From: Octopus sinensis
Lineage: Eukaryota
NCBI RefSeq assembly: GCF_006345805.1
Contig: NC_043011.1
Span: 26,920,464 to 26,984,463 of the forward strand
Direction: 5' to 3'
Length of the DNA: 64,000 bases
A model generated the notes under the pieces. It did no database searches. It was not told where the DNA came from and was given only the letters and a program-made list of their open reading frames with translations. Shown here piece by piece: positions 60,561 through 64,000 of the stretch (its first letter is position 1; every line of letters starts with the position of its first letter). The position numbers and the translations under genes were made by a program.

Positions 60561-60918
60561 AATTTCAATTCTACTGCACAATGGGCGAGTGACTTCTGCT
60601 ATATAACCCCAGGCCAATTAATTCCTTGTGAGTGAATTTGGTAGACAGAAACTGGGAGGAAGCTTGTTGTATGCCTTCATGCATCATCATTATCACCATC
60701 TAATGTCTGTTTTCCATGCCTGGCTTGGTTTGACAGGAACTGTCAAGCTGGAAGCCACACCAGACTCCAATTGTCTGTTTTGACATGATTTCTGTGTGTA
60801 GATGCCCCTCACATATGTAATATATCTACATGTATATGCATGTGTCTGTGTTTGTGCTTGTTCCTCCACTGCTTGACAACCCGTGGTGGTTTGTTTATGT
60901 CCCTGTAACTTAGTGATT

Positions 60919-61230
60919 GGAGGCGCAATGGCCCCATGGTTAGGGCAGCGGACTCGCAATTGGAGGATCGCGGTTTCGATTCCCAGACTGGGCGTTGTGG
61001 GTGTTTATTGAGCGAAAACACCTAAAAGCTCCACGAGGCTCCAACAGAGGTAGGTGGTGACCCCTGTTGTACTCTTTCGCCACAACTTTTTCTCACTCTC
61101 TCTTCCTGTTTCTTGAGTAACGCTGCGATGGACTGGCATCCTGTCCAGCTGGGGGGAACACATGTGCCACAGAAACCAGGAAACCGGGCCCATGAGCCTG
61201 GCTAGGCTTGAGAAGGGTGATGTTTATCGT
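60919..61230 (+). mobile_element. SINE C, full length, inserted in a SINE A tail with 13-bp TSD
   Basis: TAACTTAGTGATT at 60906-60918 and 61231-61243; head GGAGGCGCAATGGCCCC.TGGTTAGGGCAGCGGACTCGC, B-box GGTTTCGATTCCC, V-like GCTGCGATGGACTGGC. Confidence 0.92.
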
Positions 61231-61783
61231 TAACTTAGTGATTTGGCCAGAAGCAACTAATAGTATGAGTACCAAATGATTAATTTGTTTCACTAAACTC
61301 TACAAGGTGGTACTCCAGCATGGCCACAGTCAAATAACTTAAGTAAAAAAAAAATATAAGTTAAAACAAAGGAGCAAATTTATCATTGACAGATTGTTAA
61401 CCCCAATCTTCCCCCTTGCTCACCATTTTTCACAAGACTTTCTGCTTTGTAAAGAACTCATTAATTCAAATAATTTCAATGCAGTTATATACATCATTTG
61501 TAATATTTTTTTTATCATCATTATCATTGCCATTTTCGTTTTTGTTTTTTTGTTTTATCACTTGTTTTGTCTTGTCTTGTCTTGTCTTGTCTTGTCTGCT
61601 TTGTAGAGTATTGTTATAATATATTAGGTGGTAGACTTATAATTGTAATAAAATACATTTTGAGAAAATTTTTTTTCTTTTCCTTCCAATTTTTCGAATG
61701 ATCAGGTCATTGTTTCTGCTTTAAAAAGTGAAATGGCTACACACACATACACACAAATATATATTTATATCTGTCAGGTTGTC

Positions 61784-62560
<777 letters not shown>

Positions 62561-62673
62561 TATACATGTGTGTGTGTGTGTGTATTTGATATATGGAGAG
62601 AGTGAGAGAGAAGAGGGGGAAGAAAATAAAAGAAATAAAAAGTTACATCTGTGAATTTACTTATCACTTCCAG

Positions 62674-62733
62674 CCATTTTTGCTGCAACTTGGTGAGACT
62701 GAAGTACTTGTGATGACACGAGACAAAAAGCAA
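62674..62733 (+). CDS. Candidate internal coding exon (60 nt, phase 0 to 0)
   Basis: TTTACTTATCACTTCCAG| ... CAA|GTGAGT; reads PFLLQLGETEVLVMTRDKKQ. Confidence 0.55.
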
Positions 62734-63534
62734 GTGAGTAGTCATTTAATTATTTCTCAGTAGGCAACTTTTTACACTTTAGGCTGAATGCCTTGTCTAT
62801 TACTCTTAATAAGACTATCATTTATGTTCTTGAATAATTCACTGGTCCAGTAGTAGGTGTGACAATGGAACAGGCCATTGGAAATTTTCTGGAAATCATT
62901 CTTTTTTTTTGTTTTGCTTTGTATATTTTAGTTTCATGTTATAACTACATCAGCTAAGCTGTCATCTTTGCACTTTCATCATTGAGTGTTTCACCCAGAT
63001 CAATCCAGATCTGCCAAACCAGTGATCAAAGATTTTTTTTAACTGTGACAATCACATCTCTTCTTTTTCAGACATTGAGTGCAACATTATTCAGTGTCTC
63101 CATTTTTAGGATGATATGATCCTGATTTCATGGAAATGTGGCTGCTATTTCTAGCAGGTCGTCTACAGCATAGAAAATTACATTTTTAGATCATTGCTGT
63201 AACAGTTAATGTTGTATTGTTGTTTAACCTTGGGTCTGATTTTACCTAAAAGATTAAAGATTTAAGGTGCTCCAACCATGACCATTCACAGCAAGATTTA
63301 AACTGAAGACCACATGATCATAAAGCAGACTCCAAATCCACACAGCCAAGCTTCATGATTGTCATCATCATGTAATTATTAATTCATCAAGTCAACAACG
63401 CGACCATCACTAAGATTTGTGGGCCATTACTATTGACTATTTACAACTGAGTTGACTGAACTGTTTGAGAGCTAAGGATCCTAAGGAGACATAAGCCAAA
63501 CTAGTATCAAAACACTCATCATCAACCTTTTCAC

Positions 63535-63725
63535 TGGCTGCCTACTGTGGTGTATGCGGGAGATTTGAAATAAAGACACCTACCTTCTCTTCGTCGATGC
63601 GACCTCTCCGGCGGTAACGCACCCTTCCACGTGGCCCGACCCGAATGCTAAAAATAGCAGCTGCTTTTCCCTTACCTTGACAAAATGCTCACATGTCCAG
63701 CTCTGTCGGCTACCCCGATCGAAAA
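63535..63725. other. Short CpG-rich island related to repeat E
   Basis: 13 CpGs in about 190 bp; GACCCGAATGCTAAAAATAGCAGC is homologous to the GACCTGCTAGAAATAGCAGC block of repeat E. Confidence 0.5.
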
Positions 63726-64000
63726 AGGCCCAATGCTCTGAATACATGTTATTCATTGTATCTAGGACTATATTCTCCTTTGTGTCCTTCTTTCATAATA
63801 ATTCTAATTGTGAGTTCAACTTCGTTGATTTGATGCATTCTGACTATAGTAAAGTTAACTTGTTTGAATTCAGAATGTAGAGAGAAAGCTAAAAAAAAAT
63901 AATAAATAATACATAACATGTATTCAGAGCCTTAATAGGCAAGTGGAAAGGGAAGTAAGCAGCCAGTGAAAAGTTTGATGATGGGTGTTTTGATACAAGC

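Noticed and set aside
660-61000. tRNA genes at tRNA-like heads (e.g. 660, 3337, 60919)
   Set aside because: Acceptor stems do not close and each head runs into a repeated SINE body; these are SINE heads.

Overview
AT-rich, repeat-saturated animal genomic DNA. The SINE, LINE and microsatellite inventory strongly suggests an octopod cephalopod (Octopus sp.); this is an inference, not a database result. There is no complete gene. Four candidate plus-strand exons with canonical splice sites (18389-18609, 35494-35562, 55428-55511, 62674-62733) may belong to one long-intron host gene that I cannot name. The rest is mostly mobile DNA: three main tRNA-derived SINE groups (my labels A, B, C/D), RTE-clade LINEs (one young copy with an intact 3' ORF containing a PHD finger and a 62-bp structured tandem array), Penelope-like elements with hammerhead-ribozyme motifs, two decayed Tc1 transposons, MITEs, a Helentron-like element and an R4/Dong-like fragment. 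Also present are a degenerate 5S rDNA copy, a 42-bp satellite and an apparently perfect 1740-bp tandem duplication. The most unusual element is a tRNA-headed, hammerhead-tailed, self-complementary short element at about 540-1230. Coordinates of degenerate repeats are approximate (about +/-20 bp). Almost all ORFs in the supplied track are by-products of simple repeats or TEs.
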